Shown piece by piece: positions 29,008 to 38,387 of a stretch of DNA of 64,000 bases. The DNA is taken from the NCBI GenBank assembly GCA_963833225.1, contig CAWHXD010000019.1, forward strand, positions 374,075-438,074, written 5' to 3'. The notes beneath the pieces are model-generated. The model was not told the DNA's origin. It saw nothing but the letters and a program-made list of their open reading frames with translations, and did no database searches. Numbering within the stretch: the first letter of the stretch is position 1; each line of letters begins with the position of its first letter. The DNA comes from an uncultured Chloroflexia bacterium (lineage in GTDB: Bacteria; Chloroflexota; Limnocylindria; Limnocylindrales; CSP1-4). The translations under genes and the position numbers were made by a program.

Positions 29008-29314
29008 GGCGGAACACCTCCTCCAGGCGCCGGTGGAACCCCGTGGCCGGGTCGGTGCACGGGTCGATGAGGCGGGCCATGTCCGCCTGCCAGAGGTCGT
29101 TGACCGGCTGCTCGGCCATGAACGCCCGGAACCGGTCGAAGTCCTCGACGTCGAACACGCCGATCAGTGTCCCGTCGAGCAGGTAGATGGAGTAGTTGCT
29201 GACCCCGCCGTCCCGGAGGGCCCCGAGCATCTCGGGCCAGACGTCGGCGTGGCGCCGGCGGTACTCGTCCTCGGCGCCGGGCAGCAGGCGCATGGTGAAG
29301 GCGATGCGTTCCAT
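29000..29314 (-). CDS. rhaM: L-rhamnose mutarotase
   Basis: 104 aa, MERIAFTMRLLPGAEDEYRRRH...VSNYSIYLLDGTLIGVFDVED, matching the RhaM family. It overlaps the rhaB start by 8 nt. Confidence 0.85.
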   Translation of the reverse strand: MERIAFTMRLLPGAEDEYRRRHADVWPEMLGALRDGGVSNYSIYLLDGTLIGVFDVEDFDRFRAFMAEQPVNDLWQADMARLIDPCTDPATGFHRRLEEVFRLD

Positions 29315-29380
29315 CGATGGTGGCTCCCGGGATGGGAAACGGGCCCCGGCGGAGGATCCGCCGGGGCCCGGCTGGAGGAG

Positions 29381-30531
29381 CTAGAAGTCGAACTGGTCGA
29401 CGTTCGTCGCGTCGAACCGGAAAGCCGGCCCGAGGATGACGACGCTGTCCGCACCGATCGTGTACGGCTGGCCGTTGTTGAGACTCGGCACGGTGAAGGT
29501 CTCGCCCTCAGCGCCCGTGATCTCGCCCTTGACCAGCTTGTCGGCGATGACGTAGGAGAGGTAGCCGAGGTCCGGGAACACTCCACAGGCCGAAGACCGG
29601 GGAGGTGCCGTCCTTGACGAACGGCCTTCATGTCGTTGGGGAAGCCGAGGCCGGTGACCTTGACGGAGTCCGACTTGCCGGCCTGCGAGACGACCTGTGC
29701 CGCCGCGAGGATGCCGACCGTGGTCGGGGCGACGATGACCTTGAGGTTCGGGTACTTGGTCAGCAGAGTCTGCGCCTGCTGGGTGCTCTTGGTCGCGTCG
29801 TCATCGCCGTAGACGGTGTCGACGAGCTTGAGCCCCGCGTACTTGGTCGTCCTTGAGGGTCGTCTTCATGAGGTCGATCCAGGCGTTCTGGTTGGTGGCC
29901 GTGGCGGCCGCCGACAGGATCGCGATCTCGCCGGTGCAATTCGGCGCGAGCTCGCACGCCCAGTCGGCGAGGTTGACGCCGACGCCGCTGAAGTCAACCT
30001 GGTTGACGAACACGTTGTAGGCGCCGACCGCGGGGCTGGAGTCAAAGCCGACAACCTTGATGCCCGCTGCCATGGCCTCCTTGAGCGCCGGGGCGACCTC
30101 GTCCTTGCCGTCAGCGGAGATGATGATCGCGCTGACGTTCTGGGTGGTGAGGTCCGTGATGAACGGGATCTGGAGGTCGGCCTTCGCCTCGTTGGGCCCG
30201 ACCTGGATGACGGTCCCGCCGAGCTCGCCGGCAGCCTTGTCGACGCCCGTCTTCGCGGCGGCGAAGTACTGGTTGACGATGTCCTTGGGCAGGTAGCCGA
30301 CGGTCATGGACCGGGCGCCATGGACGCGGGCGCCATGGACCGGGCGCCATGGACTCGGGCGCCATGGACTCGGGCGCCTGGGCTGGCGGGGGCGGCGGAC
30401 GGGCTGGCGGCGCCGTTGCCGCAGGCCGACAGCACGATGACGGCCGTGCCTGCGATGGCGAGCCACCGTCCGGCTGAATGGAGCTTCAAGGGAGTTCCTC
30501 CTCTATGTCGATTACTGGCGCGCGTTCTCAC
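29381..30531 (-). pseudogene. rhaS: Rhamnose ABC transporter substrate-binding lipoprotein, disrupted by at least three frameshifts and a tandem repeat
   Basis: The N-terminus carries a lipobox (VIVLSACGNG) in one frame. The periplasmic-binding-protein core (IQVGPNEAKADLQIPFITDL...) is in a second frame. Segment KYAGLKLVDTVYGDDDATKSTQQAQTLL...GLGF is in a third frame. The C-terminus (FGLWSVPDLGYLSYVIADKLVKGE...QFDF) is in the second frame again. Single-nucleotide indels near 29845 and 29610 (aaggccg where aagccg is expected) and the 14/15-nt repeat at 30305..30377 account for the shifts. Confidence 0.7.
30305..30377. repeat. Five-copy tandem repeat CATGGAC(N)CGGGCGC with 14/15-nt units inside the binding-protein linker
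   Basis: Unit lengths are 14, 15, 14, 15 and 15 nt, for 73 nt total, which is not a multiple of 3. On the coding strand it encodes (ARVHG)n / (RPSPW)n depending on frame. Confidence 0.8.
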
Positions 30532-31463
30532 CCGGGAATCGCGTCGGCCGGCTGGTGCCGGCGCCTCTGGACGCGTTCATGGCCGTTCTGGCCTTGGTGA
30601 GCGAAGGTTGGGATGAGGACGGACAGGATCAGCAGCAACCCCAGGGCGATGCTCTGGACCTCGACCGACACGCTGGCGAGCCGGAGGGCGTTCTGCATCA
30701 CGGCGATCGTGAGCACGGCCAGGACCGTGCCCGGGATCGTGCCCGAACCTCCGAAGATATTGGCGCCGCCCGAGCAGCACGACCGTCGACGGCCGTGATC
30801 GTCATCCCCTCGCCGGCATCGGCGCGGGCGCTCGAGAGACGGGATGTCAGCACGACGCCCGCGAAGGCGGCGATGGTGCCCGTGAGGACGAACAGGCTGG
30901 TGCGGAGACGGGTCACCCGGACGCCCGAGTAGCGAGCCGTCCCCGCGTTCCGGCCAATGGCGTAGATCTGGCGCCCGATCCACGTCCGGTGGAGCACGAT
31001 GCCGAGCGCCAGCGCGAGGCCGAGGAAGATGACGAACGACCATGGGATCACCGTGCCGGGAACGTCGCCGAACCCGAGCTGGGTGAAGGCCTCCGGGAAG
31101 TTGCTGACACCGCGCGGCCCAAGGACGATGAGCGCCATCCCGCGGAACAGGGCCAGCGTGCCGAGCGTGACCACGAGCGACGGCAGGCCGCCGCGGCCGA
31201 CGAGGACGCCGTTGAGGAAGCCGCCGGCGGCGCCGATGAGCGAGCACGAGCGGGATGGCGATCTCGAGGGGCACGCCGGCCGCCCACAGGAAGCCAAGGG
31301 TTGCGCTGGCGAGCCCGGCCATCGACTCCACCGACAGGTCGATCTCGCCGAGGATGATGACCAGGGTCAGCGGCAGGGCCATGATCGCCACCTCCATGAG
31401 GGCGGCGACCAGGTTCGAGAAGTTCTTGGCGGTCAGGAAGTACGGGGAGAGGGCGTTGCCCAT
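30528..31463 (-). pseudogene. Rhamnose/ribose-type ABC transporter permease with two compensating frameshifts (near 31250 and 30790)
   Basis: The N-terminus is MGNALSPYFLTAKNFSNLVAALMEVAIMALPLTLVIILGEIDLSV... (ATG 31463). The central 150 aa are only readable in ORF 30698..31297 (GVLVGRGGLPSLVVTLGTLALFRGMALIV...). The C-terminus returns to the first frame (GGANIFGGSGTIPGTVLAVLTIAV...). Confidence 0.65.
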
Positions 31464-31560
31464 CACACCAGCCCCAGCAGGGCGACCAGGAGCAGCGTCT
31501 CCCATCGGGCCAGCCCCCGAAGCACGGAGCCGATCACCGGCCGGGACCGCGCCGGCGCCG

Positions 31561-32580
31561 TCATCGGGCGCCACTCCGGGTGTTCGCGCGCTGGACGCCA
31601 CGACGGATGAGCTGGTCGCTGCTGATCGCCAGCAGGATGACAACGCCGTAGATCGCCTGGAGCCAGAACTGCGACAGGCCGACGAGGATCAGCGCATTCG
31701 CGATGAACCCGAGGAACAGGGCGCCGATCGCCGCGCCGGCGAGCGTGCCCGAGCCGCCGAGGATGTTCACCCCGCCGACCACGACCGCGGCGATGACCGC
31801 GAGGACCACGCCCGTTGCCGCTGTGCCGTTGATGGTGCCGAACTCGATCACCCACATCACGCCCGCCAGGCCCGCGAGGATGCCGCACACGGCATAGGCG
31901 ACGAAGATGACCCGGCGGGACGGGATGCCCAGGATCGCGGCCGCATCAGGGTTGCTGCCGACGGCGTAGACCTGGCGGCCGAAGCGGGTCGAGCGCAGGA
32001 GCACGGAGCCCACGACGACCACCCCGATCGTGACGCAGGACGAACACGGGGATGCCGAGGAAGTCGGTGCGGGCGATGTGGGCGAACCCCTCGGGAAGGC
32101 AGGCGAGCGGGACCTGGTCGGGACCGGCGATCACGTAGTCGATCCCGCGGAAGATGCTGAGCGTTCCCAGGGTGGCCACGATCGCGCGGCACCTTGAGCA
32201 TCGCGATGATGAACCCGTTGACCATCCCGAGCACAAGGCCGATGGCGAGCCCCAGCACGAGCGCACCGAGCCGGGTCGACGGTCTCCAGCTCGAGCGAGC
32301 GGGCGACGGCGTAGGCAACCAGCCCGATGATCGCCTCGACCGACAGGTCGATGCCCCGGGTGATGATGACGAGCGCCTCGCCGACAGCGGCGATCGCCGT
32401 GATCGACGCGAGGACCGCGACCTGGCTGAAGTTGTCGACGGACAGGAACTGCGGGGCCATGGTCGTGACCAGGCCGCCGAGCACGAACATGAGCGCGACC
32501 AGGGTCAGCTCGCGCTGGCGTCCGATCACCAGCAGCCAGTGGCCGCGGCCCCGCCGCACCGGGAGCGTCGCTTCAGCCAT
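31561..32580 (-). pseudogene. Second ABC transporter permease of the rha operon with at least three frameshifts
   Basis: The readable segments are in three different frames. ORF 32131..32580 holds the N-terminus (VLASITAIAAVGEALVIITRGIDLSVEA). ORF 31857..32318 holds LGALVLGLAIGLVLGMVNGFIIAMLKVP. ORF 31946..32266 holds IVATLGTLSIFRGIDYVIAGPDQ. ORF 31561..32022 holds the C-terminus (VNILGGSGTLAGAAIGALFLGFIANALIL). Confidence 0.65.
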
Positions 32581-34070
32581 GGGATCGCCTGGGTGCCGGT
32601 GGCCGCGAACATCACGCGCTCCTGGGTGGCCTCATCCCTCGAGATCTCGGCCGTGACCCGGCCCTCGTGGAGGACGATGATCCGGTCGGACATCGCCAGC
32701 ACCTCGGGCAGATCGCTCGAGATCAGGATGATCGCCAGGCCCTTCGCGGCCAGCTCGGCGATCAACCGGTGCACCTCGACCTTGGCTCCGATGTCGATGC
32801 CCCGCGTCGGCTCGTCGAGGATCAGGACCCGCGGGCCGGACGCCAGCCACTTGGCCAGCACGACCTTCTGCTGGTTGCCGCCCGACAGGGCGCCCACCTG
32901 TTGGTCGACGCCGGTCATCCGTACGTCGAACTGCTCGGTGTGCTCGGCTGCCACGGCTCGCTCCTTCGCCTCGTGCACCAGGAGCCTGGGGAACAGGCGG
33001 GGCAGGATGGGCAGCGTGACGTTGTGGGCAATGGAGAAGTCGAGGATCAGGCCCTGCTGGTGGCGGTCCTCGGGCAGATAGGCGATGCCCGCGCTCATCG
33101 CCCCGGACGGCGCGCCGAAGTCCACGGGTGTTCCGTCCAGCCGCACGTCTCCGCTGTCCCGCCGGTCGATCCCGAACAGCACCCGAGCGATCTCGGACCG
33201 GCCGGCCCCGACGAGGCCCGCGAGCCCGACGATCTCCCCGGCCCGCACCGAGAACGAGACATCGCGGAACACACCGACCCGCGTCAGGTTGGAGACCTCG
33301 AGCAGCACATCGCCGATCGGGTTCTCGACCTTTGGAAACAGGGACACGGTCCGGCCGACCATGTGGCGGATGAGGTCGGCGGTCGTGAGCTCCGATGTCG
33401 GCGCGGTGACGACATGACGGCCATCACGGAAGACCGTCGCCCGGTCACTCAGGTCGAACACCTCGTCCAGGCGGTGGCTCACGAACAGGATGGCCACGCC
33501 CCGGTCCCGCAGCCGGCGGACGATGGTGAACAGCCGCTCGACTTCGTGGGCCGAGAGCGAGGCCGTGGGTTCATCAAGGATGAGCACGTTGGCCTCGACC
33601 GACAGGGCCTTGGCGATCTCGATCAGCTGCTGGTCGGCCATCGACAGGCCACGAACCGGTGCGCCGACGTTGACCTGCACGTCCAGCTCTTCAAACAGCG
33701 TCTCCGCCGACCGCCGCATGCCGCGCCAGTCGATCAACCCGAGGTGGCCAGACGGCGCGTGACCGATGAACACGTTCTCGGCGACCGTGAGGTCCGGGAA
33801 CAGGCGTGGCTCCTGGTGGACGACCGCGATCCCCAGCGCGCGCGACCGGGATGGCCCGGCGATCTGGGTTGGCACGCCGTCCAGCAGGATCGTGCCGCTG
33901 TCCGGCTGGTGGACCCCGGCCAGGATCTTGACAAGGGTGCTCTTGCCGGCACCGTTCTCGCCGACGAGCGCGTGCACCTCGCCCGCCAGGATGTCGAGCG
34001 AGACATCGCTCAGCGCCGCGGTCGCCCCAAAGCGCTTGGAGATCCCGGACAGGGCGACGCGCGGCGTCAT
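32526..34070 (-). CDS. Sugar ABC transporter ATP-binding protein (tandem ABC domains, RbsA/RhaT type)
   Basis: The internal ATG at 34070 overlaps the regulator stop (ATGA). There are two Walker A motifs (GENGAGKST, GLVGAGRSE) and two LSGGNQQK signatures. The last about 17 aa may be spurious: a TGA in the +1 frame lies 2 nt after the permease ATG. Confidence 0.85.
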   Translation of the reverse strand: MTPRVALSGISKRFGATAALSDVSLDILAGEVHALVGENGAGKSTLVKILAGVHQPDSGTILLDGVPTQIAGPSRSRALGIAVVHQEPRLFPDLTVAENVFIGHAPSGHLGLIDWRGMRRSAETLFEELDVQVNVGAPVRGLSMADQQLIEIAKALSVEANVLILDEPTASLSAHEVERLFTIVRRLRDRGVAILFVSHRLDEVFDLSDRATVFRDGRHVVTAPTSELTTADLIRHMVGRTVSLFPKVENPIGDVLLEVSNLTRVGVFRDVSFSVRAGEIVGLAGLVGAGRSEIARVLFGIDRRDSGDVRLDGTPVDFGAPSGAMSAGIAYLPEDRHQQGLILDFSIAHNVTLPILPRLFPRLLVHEAKERAVAAEHTEQFDVRMTGVDQQVGALSGGNQQKVVLAKWLASGPRVLILDEPTRGIDIGAKVEVHRLIAELAAKGLAIILISSDLPEVLAMSDRIIVLHEGRVTAEISRDEATQERVMFAATGTQAIPWLKRRSRCGGAAATGCW

Positions 34071-34891
34071 CCGGCGGCCCCGGCGTCGACGCGCATGACG
34101 GTCACGCCAAGCCTCTCGAGGGCGGTGACCATGTCGGCGGGCGCCTGCTGGTCCGTGATGATGCCGGTCAGCCGGTCCGCGCGGCAGAACGTCGCCGACG
34201 CCGTGCGCCCGAACTTGGTGTGGTCCACGACCGCATAGACCTCGCGCGCCGCCGCGACCATCGAGCGCTTGATCTGGGCCTCCTCCTCCATCGCGTCGGT
34301 GAGGCCGGCCTCCATCGTGAGGCCCACGGCCCCCACGAATGCCTTCTGGACGTTGACCCGGCGGAAGACGCCATCGCCCAGCGGCCCAACGACCGAGAGC
34401 GCCTCGGAGCGGACGCGGCCGCCCAGCATCAGGACCGTGATCCCGGGGTGGCCCGCGAGCTCCAGCGCGATCCGGATGCTGTTGGTCACCACCGTGAGCT
34501 GATGCCAGGTCGTGCGCTCCTTGAGGTGGCGGGCGACGTAGAGCGCCGTGGTGCTCGCGTCGAACACGATGCTCTCGCCGTCCGCGATGAGGGCGGCGGC
34601 GGCCGAGCCGATCTGCCACTTCTCGTCGCGCTGGCGTCGTTCGCGGACCTCGAACGCGGGCTCCGGACGGTCGGAGGCACGGGGGGCGATCGCGCCACCG
34701 TGGGTCCGCATGACGCGCGCCTCGCCCTCGAGCACGAGGAGGTCCTTGCGGATCGTGACCGGCGACACGCCGAACTGGACGGCCAGCTCCGCGACCCGCA
34801 CACGGCCGGCGTTGGCGACCATCTCCGCGATCTGCTCCTGGCGCTCCGGGGCGAACACGGCCTCGGGCGTGGTACCGGGCTTCACAGCCAC
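34067..34891 (-). CDS. DeoR-family transcriptional regulator of the rha operon
   Basis: The GTG is at 34891. It has an N-terminal HTH (RQEQIAEMVANAGRVRVAELAVQFGVSPVTIRKDL) and a DeoR C-terminal sugar-phosphate-binding domain. It is first in the minus-strand operon. Confidence 0.8.
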   Translation of the reverse strand: MAVKPGTTPEAVFAPERQEQIAEMVANAGRVRVAELAVQFGVSPVTIRKDLLVLEGEARVMRTHGGAIAPRASDRPEPAFEVRERRQRDEKWQIGSAAAALIADGESIVFDASTTALYVARHLKERTTWHQLTVVTNSIRIALELAGHPGITVLMLGGRVRSEALSVVGPLGDGVFRRVNVQKAFVGAVGLTMEAGLTDAMEEEAQIKRSMVAAAREVYAVVDHTKFGRTASATFCRADRLTGIITDQQAPADMVTALERLGVTVMRVDAGAAG

Positions 34892-35104
34892 AAGGTTCGA
34901 CTCCAAGCGAAACGGGGAAGGTCGATTTCGAAACTTCGGTTGGTTGCGAATAGGAGCACTTTGCGACGGCGAGCGGGCTCTGTCAAGCGCAATCGCGCCA
35001 GAGATGCCTGGCCTGGGTTGAGTTGGCGCCGTCGGTCGCGTACGATGCGGTATCACAACCAATCGGAATGAGTCGTAACTACTCGGAGAGCAGGCGAACC
35101 GCAG

Positions 35105-36331
35105 ATGCAGACGGCTCGCAGCATGGAGGACCCGGTGCACGCGGGACTGCCCATCGTCAACACCCACGTGCACCTGGCGCCCAACTTCTCGGCGTTCGAG
35201 ACGCCCGAGGACGCTGTCGCGGCGGCGCAGGCAGAGGGCGTCCGGGTATTCGGCGCGTCGAACTTCCACGACCACCGGGTCTATGCGCGCTTCGCGCAGG
35301 CGGCCGAGGGAGCCGGAATCCTGCCGCTGTTCGGGGTCGAGTTCATCACGGTGGTCGAGGACCTGCGCGCCGCGGACATCCGGGTGAACGACCCCGCGAA
35401 CCCAGGGCGCATGTACCTCTGCGGCAAGGGCGTCGACCCGTTCCGGGACCCCGGGCCGGAGGCCGGCCGGATCGCGGACGCGGCTCGCGTCGCGAACGAG
35501 TCGCGCGCGCGAGCGATGGCACGCCTCCTGCGCGATCACTTCGCGGCGGCCGGGCTGGCCACGTCGCTCGACGATCGGGCGATCGTCGCGGACATCGCGG
35601 AACGGGCCCGCGTCCCCGAGGCCTGGGTGGTGCTCCAGGAGCGCCATCTCGCCATGGCGTTCCAGGAGGCCCTGTTCCTGCAGGTCCCTCCGGCCCGTCG
35701 GGCCGACCTGCTGGCCCGCGCGTACGGCCGGGTGCCCGCTGCCCCCGTCGAGGACAATGTCGCGGTGCAGGGTGAGATCCGGTCCCGGTTGCTGAAGGCT
35801 GGCTGCCCGGCATTCGTGCCCGAGACGGCGCTCGGATTCGATGACGCCGTGCGACTGGTCCTGGCCCTCGACGGCATCCCCGCCTACCCGACGCTCGCCG
35901 ACGGCGCGCAACCGGTCTGCCCGTTCGAGGCGTCACCGGACGAGCTGGCGACCGAGCTGAAGGCGCGCGGCCTGCACCTGGCCGAGCTCATCCCCGGGCG
36001 CAACGAGCCAGGGACCGTCGACGCCTACGTGACGGCCTTTCGCGCCGCCGGGATCGCGGTCACCGCGGGAACCGAGCACAACACCCCGGAGCGAATCCCG
36101 TTCGCGCCGGCCGGCAAGGGCGGGCGGCCCCTGTCGCCGGTGGCCCGATCCGCGTTCTTCGAGGGCGCGTGCGTGGTCGTGGCCCATCAGCAGCGGCGCC
36201 AAACGGGGCTCGGCGGGTTCGTCGGCGCCGACGGCATCCCGGCGCCCGGTTTCGCGGACGACGACGCGCGCATCCGCTGGTTCGCGGCACTCGGTGCCCA
36301 GGTGATCGCGGGCGAAGGGGGCGTCGCATGA
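35105..36331 (+). CDS. Hypothetical PHP-like metal-dependent hydrolase; function unknown
   Basis: 408 aa with an N-terminal IVNTHVHLAP...FGASNFHD histidine cluster. Its TGA overlaps the RhaEW ATG (ATGA). Confidence 0.5.
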   Translation: MQTARSMEDPVHAGLPIVNTHVHLAPNFSAFETPEDAVAAAQAEGVRVFGASNFHDHRVYARFAQAAEGAGILPLFGVEFITVVEDLRAADIRVNDPANPGRMYLCGKGVDPFRDPGPEAGRIADAARVANESRARAMARLLRDHFAAAGLATSLDDRAIVADIAERARVPEAWVVLQERHLAMAFQEALFLQVPPARRADLLARAYGRVPAAPVEDNVAVQGEIRSRLLKAGCPAFVPETALGFDDAVRLVLALDGIPAYPTLADGAQPVCPFEASPDELATELKARGLHLAELIPGRNEPGTVDAYVTAFRAAGIAVTAGTEHNTPERIPFAPAGKGGRPLSPVARSAFFEGACVVVAHQQRRQTGLGGFVGADGIPAPGFADDDARIRWFAALGAQVIAGEGGVA

Positions 36332-38364
36332 CCACCACGATCGACCCGCCGGCGGCCGACGACCCCGTCATCGGGGAGTTGATCGCGCTCGCCCACCGGT
36401 TCGGGCTGGACCCGGAGTTCTCGCGCGGCGGTGGCGGGAACGCCTCGGCAAAGGCGGATGGCGTGCTGTGGATCAAGCCAAGCGGGGTTCCGCTCGCCAC
36501 GCTCGAGACGGCCGATCTCGTGCCGCTCGATCGTGCGAGCCTGCTCGCGACGCTGGACGCCCCGGTGGCGCCGCGGGCCGACGTCGGCGATCCGGTGATG
36601 CGCGCGGCCGAGCAGGCCCGACTGGGCCCCGCCGGCGGGCGCCGGCCCTCGGTGGAGCTCCTGTTCCACGCGCTGATGCCCGAGCGGTTCGTCCTGCATA
36701 CCCACCCGATCGTGATCAACGCGGTCACCTGCAACGAGGATGGCGAGGCGATCGCCCGCCGCCTGTTCGGCGACGACGTCCTGTGGGTGCCGTACAGGGA
36801 TCCGGGGCTGCCGCTGGCGCACGCCATCCGGGACGCCCGGGACGCCCACGTCCTGCGGACCGGCGGGCCTGTCCCCCGGATCACGCTGATGCAGAATCAC
36901 GGGCTGATCGTCGCGGCCGACTCAGTTGCGGACATCGACGCGGCATCGCGGCGGCTGGTCGAGGTCATCGCGGGTGCCGTCGATCACGCCATCGAGAGGA
37001 CGGCCGCCCCCGCCTTCACGCCGCCACTGCCGGCACCCGCCGACGCGCTGGTCCAGGCGCTTGCGCCAACGCTGCGGGCCCTGCTGTCGCCGGCCTCGCG
37101 GCGGGTCGTGATCTTCGACGGGATCCCGTCCGCCGCGGCGTTCACCGCGACGGCGGCCGGGCGTGCGTTCGTGCAGGGTGGCCCGCTCACGCCCGACCAG
37201 ATCGTGTACGCCGGGGCCCAGCCGCTGTTGCTCGACCTCGACGACGTGCCGCCGGACTCGGCGGCGGACATCGGGGCCGGCGCCCTTGCGCGCCATGCGG
37301 CGGACGGGCTCGACGCCCCGCTCGTCGTGGTGGTGCCCGGCGTCGGGCTGTTCGCGGTCGGTGACACCTGGGCCGCCGCGGACACCGCGCGCCACATCTA
37401 CCTCGATGCCCTGCGGGTGGGCGAGGCCGCCAACCGGATCGGGCGAGTGCGCCACCTGGCACCGGCGGAACGCCAGTTCATCGAGGACTGGGAGGCCGAG
37501 GCATACCGCAAGCAGGTCGCCGCCGGCGACGCGGGCCCAGGTCGCGCGGCCGGCCGGATCGCCCTCGTCACCGGGGCCGCGCAGGGCTTTGGCCTCGCGA
37601 TCGCCGAGGATCTCGTCGCCAACGGCGCCCACGTCGTCCTCGCCGATCTCAACGTCCCGCTCGCGGAGGCCAACGCGGCGGCCCTCGTGGACCGCTTCGG
37701 CCCCGGGCGGGCGATGGCGATCGCGATGGACGTCACCGACGAGGCGAGCGTCGCCGCCGGCATCGCGGCCACGGTGCGAGCGTATGGCGGCCTTGACCTC
37801 CTCGTGTCCAACGCGGGCGTGCTGCGGGCCAGCGGGGTCACGGCCCAGCCGCTGGCCGACTTTGACCTCGTGACCCGGGTCAACTACCGCGGCTACTTCC
37901 TCGCGGTCAAGCACGCCGCCCCGGTCATGGCCGCGCAGCACCGCGCCAACCCCGACTGGTGGGGCGACATCATCGAGATCAACTCCAAGTCCGGCCTCGT
38001 GGGCTCGTCGCGCAACAGCGCCTACGCGGGCTCCAAGTTCGGCGGCATCGGTCTCACCCAGTCGTTCGCCCTCGAGCTGGTCAGCGACGGGATCAAGGTC
38101 AACGCCATCTGCCCTGGCAACTTCCTCGATGGACCGCTGTGGTCGGACCCGGACAACGGCCTGTTCGTGCAGTACCTGCGCGAGGGCAAGGTGCCGGGCG
38201 CGACGACGATCGACGACGTGCGCCGCGCCTACGAGGCCAAGGTCCCGATGGGCCGCGGCTGTACCCCGGCCGACGTGATGGAGGCCCTCTACTATCTCGT
38301 GGCCCAGGAATACGAGACGGGCCAGGCGCTGCCGGTGACCGGTGGCCAGGTGATGCTGAGCTGA
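36328..38364 (+). CDS. rhaEW: Bifunctional rhamnulose-1-phosphate aldolase / short-chain dehydrogenase (RhaEW / YuxG type)
   Basis: The ATG at 36328 follows GAAGGGGG. The N-terminal class II aldolase domain (LLFHALMPERFVLHTHP) is followed by a C-terminal SDR domain (VTGAAQGFG...NAG...YAGSK). The product is 678 aa. Confidence 0.8.
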   Translation: MTTTIDPPAADDPVIGELIALAHRFGLDPEFSRGGGGNASAKADGVLWIKPSGVPLATLETADLVPLDRASLLATLDAPVAPRADVGDPVMRAAEQARLGPAGGRRPSVELLFHALMPERFVLHTHPIVINAVTCNEDGEAIARRLFGDDVLWVPYRDPGLPLAHAIRDARDAHVLRTGGPVPRITLMQNHGLIVAADSVADIDAASRRLVEVIAGAVDHAIERTAAPAFTPPLPAPADALVQALAPTLRALLSPASRRVVIFDGIPSAAAFTATAAGRAFVQGGPLTPDQIVYAGAQPLLLDLDDVPPDSAADIGAGALARHAADGLDAPLVVVVPGVGLFAVGDTWAAADTARHIYLDALRVGEAANRIGRVRHLAPAERQFIEDWEAEAYRKQVAAGDAGPGRAAGRIALVTGAAQGFGLAIAEDLVANGAHVVLADLNVPLAEANAAALVDRFGPGRAMAIAMDVTDEASVAAGIAATVRAYGGLDLLVSNAGVLRASGVTAQPLADFDLVTRVNYRGYFLAVKHAAPVMAAQHRANPDWWGDIIEINSKSGLVGSSRNSAYAGSKFGGIGLTQSFALELVSDGIKVNAICPGNFLDGPLWSDPDNGLFVQYLREGKVPGATTIDDVRRAYEAKVPMGRGCTPADVMEALYYLVAQEYETGQALPVTGGQVMLS

Positions 38365-38387
38365 CCGTGACCCACAGGAGCGCCCAC

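Noticed and set aside
30305-30377. Possible CRISPR-like array
   Set aside because: The repeats are directly tandem with no spacers and lie inside a coding linker. This is not CRISPR.
36169-36327. N-terminal 53-aa extension of the rhaEW ORF
   Set aside because: Arg-rich junk overlapping the end of the PHP-like gene. The ATG at 36328 has a ribosome-binding site and the classic ATGA coupling.
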